Shown here in pieces: positions 28,531-37,442 of a stretch of DNA of 64,000 nucleotides. How positions within the stretch are numbered: position 1 is the stretch's first letter; each line of letters starts with the position of its first letter. The DNA lies in the NCBI GenBank assembly GCA_964567855.1, contig CAZMOE010000004.1:10544-74543 (forward strand), written 5' to 3'. The notes below the pieces were generated by a model. The model did not search any database, was not told where the DNA came from, and was given only the letters and a program-made list of their open reading frames with translations. The position numbers and the translations under genes are program-made. The stretch comes from an uncultured Prevotellaceae bacterium (GTDB lineage: Bacteria; Bacteroidota; Bacteroidia; Bacteroidales; UBA3663).

Positions 28531-31500
28531 ATGCAAAACAAAGGATTTGTCACTGTATTTGCGACATTGCTGGCATTGGTTTGCGCGTTCTACATCTCGT
28601 TCTCGTTCGTTACGAACCATCACGAGAAGAAAGCCGAAGAATATGCTCTGCAAACCGGCAAAACAGCGAAGTACTATTTGGATTCCATCTCCACCGAGAA
28701 GGTTTGGTTCGGTTACACCTACAAGCAGGCGCAGGAAATGCAGATCGGTCTCGGTCTTGACCTGAAAGGTGGTATGAACGTCATTCTTGAGATTTCAGTC
28801 GCCGACGTATTGAAAGCTCTTGCCGCAGAAAATGCCGGCAACCCCACATTTACAGCAGCCTTGAAGGCCACCCAGGACGCTCAGATCGCCAGTGGTGCCG
28901 ATTTTATGGATCTCTTTGCCAAAAAATACAAAGAAATCGATCCCACTGCCAATCTCGCAGATGTTTTCAGCACATATCAGCTGAAAGAAAAGATCAAAAA
29001 GAACACTCCCGATGCCGAAGTACTGTCTATCCTGAAAAAGGAGATGAACGACGCGCTCAGCAATTCATTCCAGGTACTCCGCAACCGTATCGACCGTTTC
29101 GGTGTGATCGCCCCTAACATCCAGCGTCTGGAGCAGGCCGGCCGTATTCTCGTCGAATTGCCAGGTATCAAAGACCCCGAACGTGTGAAGAAACTCTTGC
29201 AGGGTTCTGCTAACCTCGAATTCTGGGAAACCTATAACTTGAACGAAATCTCTGCCGATCTCATCAAGGCCAACAGCATCCTGGCTAATCTGAACAAGGC
29301 TCAGAACGAAACAGCTGCCGACGCAGAGGCCACGGAAAACAACCAGACCGCTGCTGCCGACACGGAAAACAGCGGAGAGGTAAGCCCGGCCGACTCTTTG
29401 GCAGCCCTTGCTGAGGCTCAGGCCAAGGCTGAAGCTGAGATGCGCGCCAACAACCCGCTCTTTACAAAACTGATTCCTTACTTCAACGAGAACGGTCAGG
29501 CTGTAGAAGGTCCCGTTGTCGGCTATGCGCTCTCCAGCGACACGGCTGCCATCAACGCCATGCTTGCACAGAAGCAGGTGCGCGACCTCTTCCCCCGCAA
29601 GTTGAAATTCGCATGGTCTGTAAAGTCCATGGACGACAAAGACCTCTACTATCAGCTCTATGCTCTCAAAGCTCATGACAACGCCGGTCACCCGAGCCTT
29701 CCGGATGCCTCTAAAGGCGGCGACATCGTCGTAGACGCCAACGCAGGCTTCCAGCAGTTCACCAATGAATTTGAAGTAAGCATGGAAATGACCCCCGAGG
29801 CCGGTACCATCTGGGCTAAAATCACCAAAGACAATATCGGCAAGTGTATCGCCATCGTTTTGGACGGTGTCGTTTATTCGGCACCCCGTGTCAACGGCGA
29901 GATTTCCGGCGGACGTTCCTCTATCACCGGCCACTTCGATTCTGAAGAGGCCAACGACTTGGCCAACGTGCTCAAATCCGGTAAAATGGCCGCTCCGGTC
30001 AATATCGTCAGCGAAGACGTGGTCGGTCCTACCCTCGGTCAGGAAGCTATCGATGCCAGCGTGCGGTCATTCATCATCGCACTTGTGCTCCTCTTTATTT
30101 ATATGGTGGCATTCTACGGAATGAAGGCCGGTCTGGTTGCCGACGTCTGCCTGATTGTAAATGCATTCTTCACAGTCGGTATCCTCTCCTCATTCAATGC
30201 CGTACTGACCCTCTCCGGTATCGCCGGTCTTGTGCTTGCAATGGGTATTGCGGTCGATGCCAACGTACTCATCTATGAGCGTGCCAAAGAAGAACTGGTA
30301 GCAGGCCGTTCTCTCCGTTCTGCAGTAAGCGCTGCCTATAGCAATGCTTTCTCTGCGATTTTCGATGCCAACTTGACGTCATTGATCACCGGTATCATTC
30401 TCTATGTATTCGGTACAGGCCCGATCCAAGGTTTTGCCGTTACATTCATTATCGGTATCATTACCTCATTCATCACCGCCGTATTCTTGAGCCGCATCTA
30501 CTTGGAAACCGCACTGGAAAAAGGATGGATCAAAACTCTTACCTTTACCGGCTTTGCTACGAACTGGCTCAAAACTCCCAGCATCGACTTCGTTAAACGC
30601 GGTAAAACCAGCCGTTACGTTTATGCTGTCATCGCAGCCGTATGCGTAGTTCTTCTGTTCTTCCCCGGTATGCGCAAAGGCATTGACTTCACCGGCGGCC
30701 GCAACTATGTAGTTCAGTTTGTCGACATTGAAAAAGTACAGACTGAAAACCTGACGCAGGCACTCCAGAATAAATTCGGTGAAGCTACCGTCAGCGTCAT
30801 CACCATCAATGCTGCCAATGAGAACGAAGTCCGTATCTCTACCAACTACGCACTCAACTCTACCAGCGCAGAAGATGACGAAAACATCAAGAAGATGATT
30901 TACGACGCAGCTGTTGAATGCGGCAATATCCCTGCCGGTGTCAGCTTCGACGACTTCAACACAGAAACCTATATTCTGAGCACACAGAAAGTAGGTCCTT
31001 CCATTGCTGAAGATATTACTATCGGCGCTATTTGGGCTATCGTCATCTCCTTGATTGCCATTGCCCTCTACATCCTGTTGCGCTTCCGTAACATCGCATT
31101 CTCTATCGGCGCCGTTCTCGGTCTGGCCGCCAATACCCTCTTCATCCTCGGCGCTTACGCCTGCTTGTGGGTAATGATGCCGTTCTCCATGGAAATCGAC
31201 CAGGCTTTCATCGCTGCGATCCTGACCATTATCGGATATTCTATCAACGATATCGTGGTAGTCTTCGACCGTATCCGCGAAGTACGCGGACTCTATCCGA
31301 ACAAGAGTCTTTACGATGTCATTAACGAGGCCCTCAATGCCACGATGATTCGTACCATCAACACATCAGCCTCAACATTCCTTGTTTTGCTGGTAATCTT
31401 CTGCTTGGGCGGTACTTCTATCCAGAGTTTCATCTTTGCAATGATCCTCGGTGTTGTCATCGATCCGCTCACGACGATTTTCCTGGCCGTTCCGACCGCT

Positions 31501-31545
31501 TACACTTTCATGACCAAGAAAGATAAAAAGAAAATCAAAGCATGA
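28531..31545 (+). CDS. secDF: Protein translocase subunit SecDF (fused)
   Basis: 1004 aa. SecD part: LGLDLKGGMNVILE, VLRNRIDRFGV, ILVELPG. SecF part: GIDFTGGRNY. Two RND-like 6-TM bundles. Confidence 0.95.
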   Translation: MQNKGFVTVFATLLALVCAFYISFSFVTNHHEKKAEEYALQTGKTAKYYLDSISTEKVWFGYTYKQAQEMQIGLGLDLKGGMNVILEISVADVLKALAAENAGNPTFTAALKATQDAQIASGADFMDLFAKKYKEIDPTANLADVFSTYQLKEKIKKNTPDAEVLSILKKEMNDALSNSFQVLRNRIDRFGVIAPNIQRLEQAGRILVELPGIKDPERVKKLLQGSANLEFWETYNLNEISADLIKANSILANLNKAQNETAADAEATENNQTAAADTENSGEVSPADSLAALAEAQAKAEAEMRANNPLFTKLIPYFNENGQAVEGPVVGYALSSDTAAINAMLAQKQVRDLFPRKLKFAWSVKSMDDKDLYYQLYALKAHDNAGHPSLPDASKGGDIVVDANAGFQQFTNEFEVSMEMTPEAGTIWAKITKDNIGKCIAIVLDGVVYSAPRVNGEISGGRSSITGHFDSEEANDLANVLKSGKMAAPVNIVSEDVVGPTLGQEAIDASVRSFIIALVLLFIYMVAFYGMKAGLVADVCLIVNAFFTVGILSSFNAVLTLSGIAGLVLAMGIAVDANVLIYERAKEELVAGRSLRSAVSAAYSNAFSAIFDANLTSLITGIILYVFGTGPIQGFAVTFIIGIITSFITAVFLSRIYLETALEKGWIKTLTFTGFATNWLKTPSIDFVKRGKTSRYVYAVIAAVCVVLLFFPGMRKGIDFTGGRNYVVQFVDIEKVQTENLTQALQNKFGEATVSVITINAANENEVRISTNYALNSTSAEDDENIKKMIYDAAVECGNIPAGVSFDDFNTETYILSTQKVGPSIAEDITIGAIWAIVISLIAIALYILLRFRNIAFSIGAVLGLAANTLFILGAYACLWVMMPFSMEIDQAFIAAILTIIGYSINDIVVVFDRIREVRGLYPNKSLYDVINEALNATMIRTINTSASTFLVLLVIFCLGGTSIQSFIFAMILGVVIDPLTTIFLAVPTAYTFMTKKDKKKIKA

Positions 31546-31601
31546 AATACCGTTTCCCTACAAGGAAACAAAAACAATTGAAAACACCTGATGAGGGAAA
31601 T

Positions 31602-31650
31602 AACAAACACAAACCTCTTGCCGATTTTCGGCAAGAGGTTTGTGTTTGTT
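31602..31650 (+). terminator. secDF terminator (22-bp perfect hairpin)
   Basis: AACAAACACAAACCTCTTGCCG (31602-31623) and CGGCAAGAGGTTTGTGTTTGTT (31629-31650) are exact reverse complements. Confidence 0.75.
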
Positions 31651-31659
31651 CAGCAAATA

Positions 31660-31932
31660 TATCCCACTTCACCCCAAGACATCATCTCCAACCTTAAGCC
31701 CGTTAAGGAATCAGAAAGACAGAAGCCCATTGGTTAGAAATAAGAATCTGCCGAAATCATACGACCGTGAAGCCTTCAGCTCCAAAACCAGCCTGCGGAT
31801 AAATCATAGTAGTCCAAGGCCACGGCCGGCTTACGGCATAGAACAGACAATCACTTCGACCTCAGAATCCAAAATATTTCCGAACTTAACCGTCAATACG
31901 GACTTATTGAACGTATATTGCCTTGATTCCAT
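31660..31932 (-). pseudogene. Decayed, 3'-truncated macro-domain-like gene
   Basis: The minus strand from the ATG at 31932 reads MESRQYTFNKSVLTVKFGNILDSEVEVIVCSMP*AGRGLGLL*FIRRLVLELKASRSYDFGRFLFLTNGLLSF*. By eye this aligns with the macro-domain core (GDIT..vDvIVNaAN..l.gGGGv.gAIhRaaG...G.a.iT.aG.L). Three in-frame stops. The frame runs out at the secDF terminator. Confidence 0.35.
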
Positions 31933-31948
31933 ACTCTCAATCATACTT

Positions 31949-32554
31949 TTATCTGCGTATTATCTCATATCTTGTCGCTCTATTATAGCCCACTCTTCTC
32001 AGAAAACCCGATTCCTCAAGTTCTTTCAGACGGGAATATGCTGTGGTCCGTTTCAGGTTGCAGAGTTTCTCAAACCGGGAACGGGTAATCCAATCATGAG
32101 TTTTAAAATATTCCGATAATATATCTTGCAACCGGACAGAGGAGATTGCGAGAGGGAGCGCACTATCAGGCAGCCGGCGAAAATCCGGAATACCGATGGA
32201 ATCCATCAAAGCCTTATGAGGTTGAAAGCTGACACCACGAATCTTCACCAGACGGTTCCGGTGTGGGGTCCCAGAAGTGACCCTAACATCTGTACCGACT
32301 GACAGTCTAAAAGCCCCAAACTCTACGAGGTCGACAGTCTTTCCTTCGCGAAGAAATCCGGCAACGACATCCGCAATGTCACTCATGACACTTTTCACCG
32401 TGCCTCTCGTATGTGAACCGTATTCTGCAACCTTCTCGCAAAGAGCCTGAAAATCTACATTTCCATTGTCTGTTATACGCGGATAAAGCTGAGGATTGCC
32501 GCCTTCATCGCCGTTCTGTCCCGGCAATATCTGCCATTCTATGTTTATTGCCAT
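31949..32554 (-). CDS. HU-family (HU-HIG type) DNA-binding protein with a C-terminal winged-helix-like extension
   Basis: 201 aa. LYPRITDNGNVDFQALCEKVAEYGSHTRGTVKSVMSDIADVVAGFLREGKTVDLVEFGAFRLSVG is the Bacteroidetes HU-like fold. The tail KLCNLKRTTAYSRLKELEESGFL looks like a wHTH. Confidence 0.7.
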   Translation of the reverse strand: MAINIEWQILPGQNGDEGGNPQLYPRITDNGNVDFQALCEKVAEYGSHTRGTVKSVMSDIADVVAGFLREGKTVDLVEFGAFRLSVGTDVRVTSGTPHRNRLVKIRGVSFQPHKALMDSIGIPDFRRLPDSALPLAISSVRLQDILSEYFKTHDWITRSRFEKLCNLKRTTAYSRLKELEESGFLRRVGYNRATRYEIIRR

Positions 32555-32594
32555 AATAATCCATTTTCTAAATTCATCCTATCTTTGTATATTC

Positions 32595-32684
32595 ACCGTT
32601 CCAAAGCCGCTGAACGGTCGTTGAAACTATGTTCATTTGCCATTGAACTTATCTTCGGGAACCGTTCAGCGGTCGCTGAACGGT
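32595..32684. promoter_or_regulatory. Two copies of the palindrome ACCGTTC-N10-GAACGGT upstream of the HU-HIG gene
   Basis: Site 1 is 32595-32618 (ACCGTTCcaaagccgctGAACGGT). Site 2 is 32661-32684 (ACCGTTCAGCGgtCGCTGAACGGT, 11-bp arms). They are 66 nt apart start to start and lie 41-130 nt upstream of the minus-strand ATG at 32554. Confidence 0.45.
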
Positions 32685-32794
32685 AATACCAGAAGAATAT
32701 AACCTAAATCGAACATTCCAGACTCCAATCTTTCAATAGCTTTATAATGCATGTACAGCACCCTCTGCCATACAGCTTGCTGTTTTTGAAAATT

Positions 32795-32829
32795 GTCGGC
32801 CATGGATACCATACCCATTCATGGCCGAC
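32795..32829 (-). terminator. Hairpin terminator of the pectate-lyase-like gene
   Basis: GTCGGCCATG (32795-32804) pairs with CATGGCCGAC (32820-32829), 33 nt beyond the stop at 32862. Confidence 0.55.
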
Positions 32830-32861
32830 GACTTCCGATGTTTTATTATATCCGACTCAAG

Positions 32862-35800
32862 TTATTTTGTATAAGAAACCGCTTTTTGAGTCTTGACACT
32901 TCCATCCTCATAAATATATGTCTTGACATATATGCCTTGTTGCGGTAAACCATTTATCTCCACGCCTTGCAGATTATAGTATCGGATGGCAATAGGGCGT
33001 CCTTGTTGTTTTCCATCAGCAATCTCTTCTATACCTGTCATTATGTCAAGTTCTTCTATAATCCAACGCAGACGGGCGCGATCTGCCGGATATGCGAATG
33101 ACACCGTACCGCCTTTGCCGTCTGCATCGATCGTTCCGACATTCAGGCATCGATTATTTGTCGCAGATGTCTGCATGTAGAACGCATGCTTACCATTATC
33201 TTCTTTCGCATAATAAGGATATATTATGGCTGGTGTCTTTGACAGAACATTGGCAATCTGCATATATGTACCTGTTTTCTCATTGCGTATATACACTTCG
33301 CCTTCCGTTTCTCCGGGGGCAATTGTCCATTGTGCCTCTTTCATTTCACTTACAGCATCGCTATTTCCGTTGTCAATGTCGGCATCCTTAAGGCCAATAC
33401 GCATGGCAAGGGAGTCGCGTTCCCCGTCGGCACTCTTTAATGCCACAAGATAGCGGCGTTCTGTAGATGCATCGGCATTCGTAGCGCTGGCATTCGACAT
33501 AGTTCCGTAGCTATAGATATTGTGCAGCTTCTGAGTGTCGTATCCGGCCAACGTCATAATCCGCGTCTCCTTGAAATCGGACAATGTTTTGGCCAACACT
33601 GTTGTCACGGAGTCTACATCAGTCTGTACGGTTATATCTATGTTGACACCATCGAGGAAATTCTGGGCTTTGTTTATCGTTTCCGTCAGTTTTTCATAGG
33701 CAACAAGCGGATATCCAAGTGTTACCTGGCCGATTTGCGCCGATGCCGCGGTTTTCCTTGCCTCGCTGATAGTATTGCGCAGTTTGGTGAGATAGAGCGT
33801 TACAATGCTTCTGTCTATGGCAACGAATGTGTAAACCATATCGGCACGCATAATGGTACCATTGCTCCATATCCATTCGTCAGCAAAATTCTTCGGACGC
33901 AACTGAAAATCCTTGTGCTGCGGTGTATTGATTCTGAACATTGCCAGCTTCTCTTGCGTGCCAGATTGTGCTGCCACTTCATCCCCTGCATATACGATAC
34001 GCAGACCTTTTGCATTTTCAGTGGCTATCACACGACCGGAACCATTGAGGGTATCAACATGCGAGATGTACATTCCGGTGGATTTGTTCTTGATAAGTAC
34101 GCATGAATTATCCTCCGGATCTGTGGTTATCTCCCAAAGCAAAGAGGGGTCATCCCAGTTGAAACTCTCGGTAGAACCGAGGTATCCATTGTCATTGAAG
34201 GTCAGATATTTGGGATTGCCTGCATAAGTCGTGCCGGAATTGTAAGCCTTTGTTCCATAGTTGATGATGCGATATACCTTGCTGTCATCCGGCGTGAACT
34301 CTGTCGTGCCGCTGACAATCCCTCCTCCGGCTTTCATTCCGTCGTCATTTACGGATACCGTCTCGGAATACAAAGATGATTTTTCGCCTTTGACCGTTTT
34401 AAGGCGGAAGTAATAAATCTTTTTCGGTGTAAGGCCGCTTATTGTTGTTGTAATGGCATCACCGGAAAGTTCGGCGATCTGTTTATATGTTATACCGTCT
34501 TCCGACTGTTCCACAACAATGGCCGTGGCCTCTTCTTCGCTGTTCACCCATGTAAGTACGGCAGTGACCTCATCCTGCATGACGGCTTTCACGCTTGTAG
34601 GACTCATCAGATAGTCGCTCTTGCGTGCAAGACTATTGATATAGTCTTCGATATTTGTATATCCGTTGCCGTCGATATCGCCATTGGCATCGTTCTTATT
34701 CGGATTCAGTCCGTTTGCGATTTCCCATTCGTCCGGCATACCGTCTCCATCCGTATCAACCAAGGCTGTGCCTCCGGACAATGTTCCTATACCACCTACA
34801 TCCTGTTCGTTATCGATGAAACTGCCTTTTTTGCCGAGAGAGGTCAGCTGAGATATGATTCTTTGGTCGTGAGAGTCTCTTATGCGTGATGCTCCCGCAT
34901 GCTCAACCACGCTGTAGTATGCTTCTTCTGCGGATTCAAGATTCATCGGAGCATTACAAACCATATTCGGATTGCTCATCGGCGTTGCCCCGTTGTAGTC
35001 GGTTATAAGAGTTCCATTAAGTATGCCGTCGCAATTGCCGTCGGTATAGTTACCGGTGCTGTACAGATGGTCGGTAGCCGTCCAATCGTCGAAGTACTTA
35101 TTAGAGCTGCCGCTGCTGGGGCCGGTAATGAAATAGTTGTTTATCACATCCTGATAATGTTCTGCGGATGAATGTCCTCCTACAATACCATTGCCATAGT
35201 TATACACGACATTGTTATAATATTGTATTGCACACTTCATTTTCGGATTGCGGCTCTTGTTGTTTGCCCAAAGACAATGCGATACGGTCCAGTTCCAACT
35301 GCCGTCTGTTATGGCGCCAAAGCGCTGCGGATCGATTCCTTCGCTTATTATGCAGTTTTGCCATGTAATGTCCGATGCGTTGGCAATGTGCACATTGTCC
35401 CACCGTCCCCACGAAATAGAGCAGTGATCGAGAATGACGTTGCTACAGTTGTCCATGGTCAATGTACATTTGGAGCGGTTCATGTTGATACTGCCGCGCA
35501 TGCGCAGATACCTTATGACAACATTTGAAGTATTTGACATTATCACGCGACCGCCATACACGGTGATGCCCTCGCCGGGAGCCGTCTGTCCGGCAATAGT
35601 AATATTGCTGGAGATGGTCAAATTGGTTTCTGTGATATCGATAACGCCGCCAACATCGAACACGACAATTCTGTTAGGCTTGCTCACAGCGTCGGCTAAG
35701 GAACCGGAGCCGGAAGCATTAAGATTAGTCACATGAACAACGGTGCCACCGCGTCCGCCAAGCGAATATGCACCGAATCCTTCTGCACCGGGAAACGCGA

Positions 35801-35867
35801 GCTGCTGTCCGTTCATGGAAATGCCGAAAAGCGCCATAGAGATTAGTAGAGATATGCATCTTTTCAT
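32862..35867 (-). CDS. T9SS-sorted multidomain pectate-lyase-fold protein (PL1-like beta-helix + Ca-binding repeat + FN3 + uncharacterised modules + C-terminal sorting domain)
   Basis: 1001 aa with a signal peptide. AFPGAEGFGAYSLGGRGGTVVHVTNL...ITIAGQTAPGEGI...VILDHCSISWGRWDN...NNKSRNPKMK follows the pectate lyase pattern. DTDGDGMPDEWEIANGLNPNKNDANGDIDGNGYTNIEDY is a calcium-binding repeat. FN3-like LTWVNSEEEATAIVVEQSEDGITYKQI. C-terminus IRYYNLQGVEINGLPQQGIYVKTYIYEDGSVKTQKAVSYTK. Confidence 0.7.
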   Translation of the reverse strand: MKRCISLLISMALFGISMNGQQLAFPGAEGFGAYSLGGRGGTVVHVTNLNASGSGSLADAVSKPNRIVVFDVGGVIDITETNLTISSNITIAGQTAPGEGITVYGGRVIMSNTSNVVIRYLRMRGSINMNRSKCTLTMDNCSNVILDHCSISWGRWDNVHIANASDITWQNCIISEGIDPQRFGAITDGSWNWTVSHCLWANNKSRNPKMKCAIQYYNNVVYNYGNGIVGGHSSAEHYQDVINNYFITGPSSGSSNKYFDDWTATDHLYSTGNYTDGNCDGILNGTLITDYNGATPMSNPNMVCNAPMNLESAEEAYYSVVEHAGASRIRDSHDQRIISQLTSLGKKGSFIDNEQDVGGIGTLSGGTALVDTDGDGMPDEWEIANGLNPNKNDANGDIDGNGYTNIEDYINSLARKSDYLMSPTSVKAVMQDEVTAVLTWVNSEEEATAIVVEQSEDGITYKQIAELSGDAITTTISGLTPKKIYYFRLKTVKGEKSSLYSETVSVNDDGMKAGGGIVSGTTEFTPDDSKVYRIINYGTKAYNSGTTYAGNPKYLTFNDNGYLGSTESFNWDDPSLLWEITTDPEDNSCVLIKNKSTGMYISHVDTLNGSGRVIATENAKGLRIVYAGDEVAAQSGTQEKLAMFRINTPQHKDFQLRPKNFADEWIWSNGTIMRADMVYTFVAIDRSIVTLYLTKLRNTISEARKTAASAQIGQVTLGYPLVAYEKLTETINKAQNFLDGVNIDITVQTDVDSVTTVLAKTLSDFKETRIMTLAGYDTQKLHNIYSYGTMSNASATNADASTERRYLVALKSADGERDSLAMRIGLKDADIDNGNSDAVSEMKEAQWTIAPGETEGEVYIRNEKTGTYMQIANVLSKTPAIIYPYYAKEDNGKHAFYMQTSATNNRCLNVGTIDADGKGGTVSFAYPADRARLRWIIEELDIMTGIEEIADGKQQGRPIAIRYYNLQGVEINGLPQQGIYVKTYIYEDGSVKTQKAVSYTK

Positions 35868-36011
35868 AATTCAAAATGATTAATATAGTAAGTAGTCGTA
35901 AAAATTAATTTCACGTGAACTCGCCGAATTTCAATTATATGTATGTTTGACGGTTAGCGAAATTTATTGTACCTTTAAGAGCTAAAACTCAATGTACAAA
36001 CAATAACCGTT

Positions 36012-36545
36012 ATGCTCACAGAGGCCAAAATTACAAAAATCTTCTGTATTGCAAATGATTTCTGCAAAGTTTTTGATGCCCAGATGGCAAAATATACCGT
36101 AAAAAGCTGTTCTATACGAAAATATCACCATGATTACATCCGTTTCCAAGGTCAAAGTAATGGACATAGTCATATTTGTTTCACAACTTGGGCTATCGGT
36201 TCCCGAAGCATTTCAGTACCGACTACGTATGCCGTCACCTGCGGCAGCTGTTCTCGCCAAGGAGGTGTCATACAACCGATTTGTAGAGTTACAGAGAGCC
36301 GTTATCATACATCTTGCCATCTTCATCAAGAAGGTTCTTTTGGAAGAGATGCACACGGCGACAACATTATCGACAGCACATGCAGAGGTAGGTGTGCAAG
36401 AATCAAAGAATCCATATTCGCAAAACCTACAAGAGCATTCCAGGAGAGGGAAATACTCAATAGAATAGTTCTTCGGCTTCAAACGGCACCTAATATGCTA
36501 ATGAGAAAGGAGATCTACAGAACTACAAGATAAATTCCAGAAATA
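36012..36545 (+). mobile_element. IS982-family transposase remnant (frameshifts, nonsense codons, 3' truncation)
   Basis: Frame A reads MLTEAKITKIFCIANDFCKVFDAQMAKY. Frame B reads VSYNRFVELQRAVIIHLAIFIKKVLL. Frame A again reads IIDSTCR. Then GKYSIE*FFGFKRHLIC**. Together these trace roughly the first 170 residues of an IS982 transposase across shifting frames. The DDE C-terminal half is missing. Confidence 0.65.
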
Positions 36546-36654
36546 TAAATAACCGTAATCATTTCATTTTTATACTGATTTATAACCATGTATACTATAT
36601 TTGCAATATGGTATCTTATCTATTTACAGCATTATTCGTAATTTTGCACTTGTT

Positions 36655-37410
36655 ATGAGTAAAGTTAACAATAAACTTTCTGAGAAATACAGTCAGCAAC
36701 AAGATGGCACATTCTTCGAACAAGAAGAGATGCGTATTGCTAATTATGCGAAAACGTATGTCTCCTGCGAACATTCCCTTGTGGTAATGAGTAATTTGCG
36801 AACGAATAAAAGCCACGTCTTTGTCGGGCGCACAGGCGAGATACTTGGCATAGGCAAGGAAGGAGATTACCAATGTATCGATTCATGTTGGGAAGAAGAA
36901 ATCTTTGCCAACATCCATCCCGATGACCGTACCATTCGTGACCTACAAGAACTGTCGTTCTTCAGCATGATGTCAACGCCGAACAACATTGCTGATGGTT
37001 TCCCGTGGTATATGGAAACCGTCATGCGCATGAAGACACCAGACGGAAAATATCGTAATATAAGTCACCGCATCCAATATTTTCCAAGTGAGGGAAAGCG
37101 CAGTATAAGCTATGCACTATGCATATATAACTTCACTACCCAGAAGACATCTTTCGCGCGTATCGTAAATAAGGTGACTGGTGAAGAGCGCAGGCTTGAA
37201 ATCAGCAGTTTCCGTCATCTTCTTACGGATAGAGAGAAGGAAGTTCTGCTACTTATCCGTCAAGGACTTGCCAGTAAAGAAATTGCTGACCAAATGGGCA
37301 TCAGTAAACATACCGTTGACCGTCACCGTCAGAACGTGATAGAAAAGCTGCATGTAAATAACACCGCTCAAGCTTGCCACAAGGCTAAGGAATTGGGATT
37401 AATAGAGTAA
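36655..37410 (+). CDS. LuxR-family transcriptional regulator with PAS-like N-terminal sensor domain
   Basis: Start taken at MSKVNNKLSE. C-terminus LTDREKEVLLLIRQGLASKEIADQMGISKHTVDRHRQNVIEKLHVNNTAQA is a LuxR/GerE HTH. N-terminal domain of about 170 aa with IHPDD (PAS-like). Confidence 0.8.
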   Translation: MSKVNNKLSEKYSQQQDGTFFEQEEMRIANYAKTYVSCEHSLVVMSNLRTNKSHVFVGRTGEILGIGKEGDYQCIDSCWEEEIFANIHPDDRTIRDLQELSFFSMMSTPNNIADGFPWYMETVMRMKTPDGKYRNISHRIQYFPSEGKRSISYALCIYNFTTQKTSFARIVNKVTGEERRLEISSFRHLLTDREKEVLLLIRQGLASKEIADQMGISKHTVDRHRQNVIEKLHVNNTAQACHKAKELGLIE

Positions 37411-37442
37411 CGATAACAATCACAATAAAAATACTACAAATT

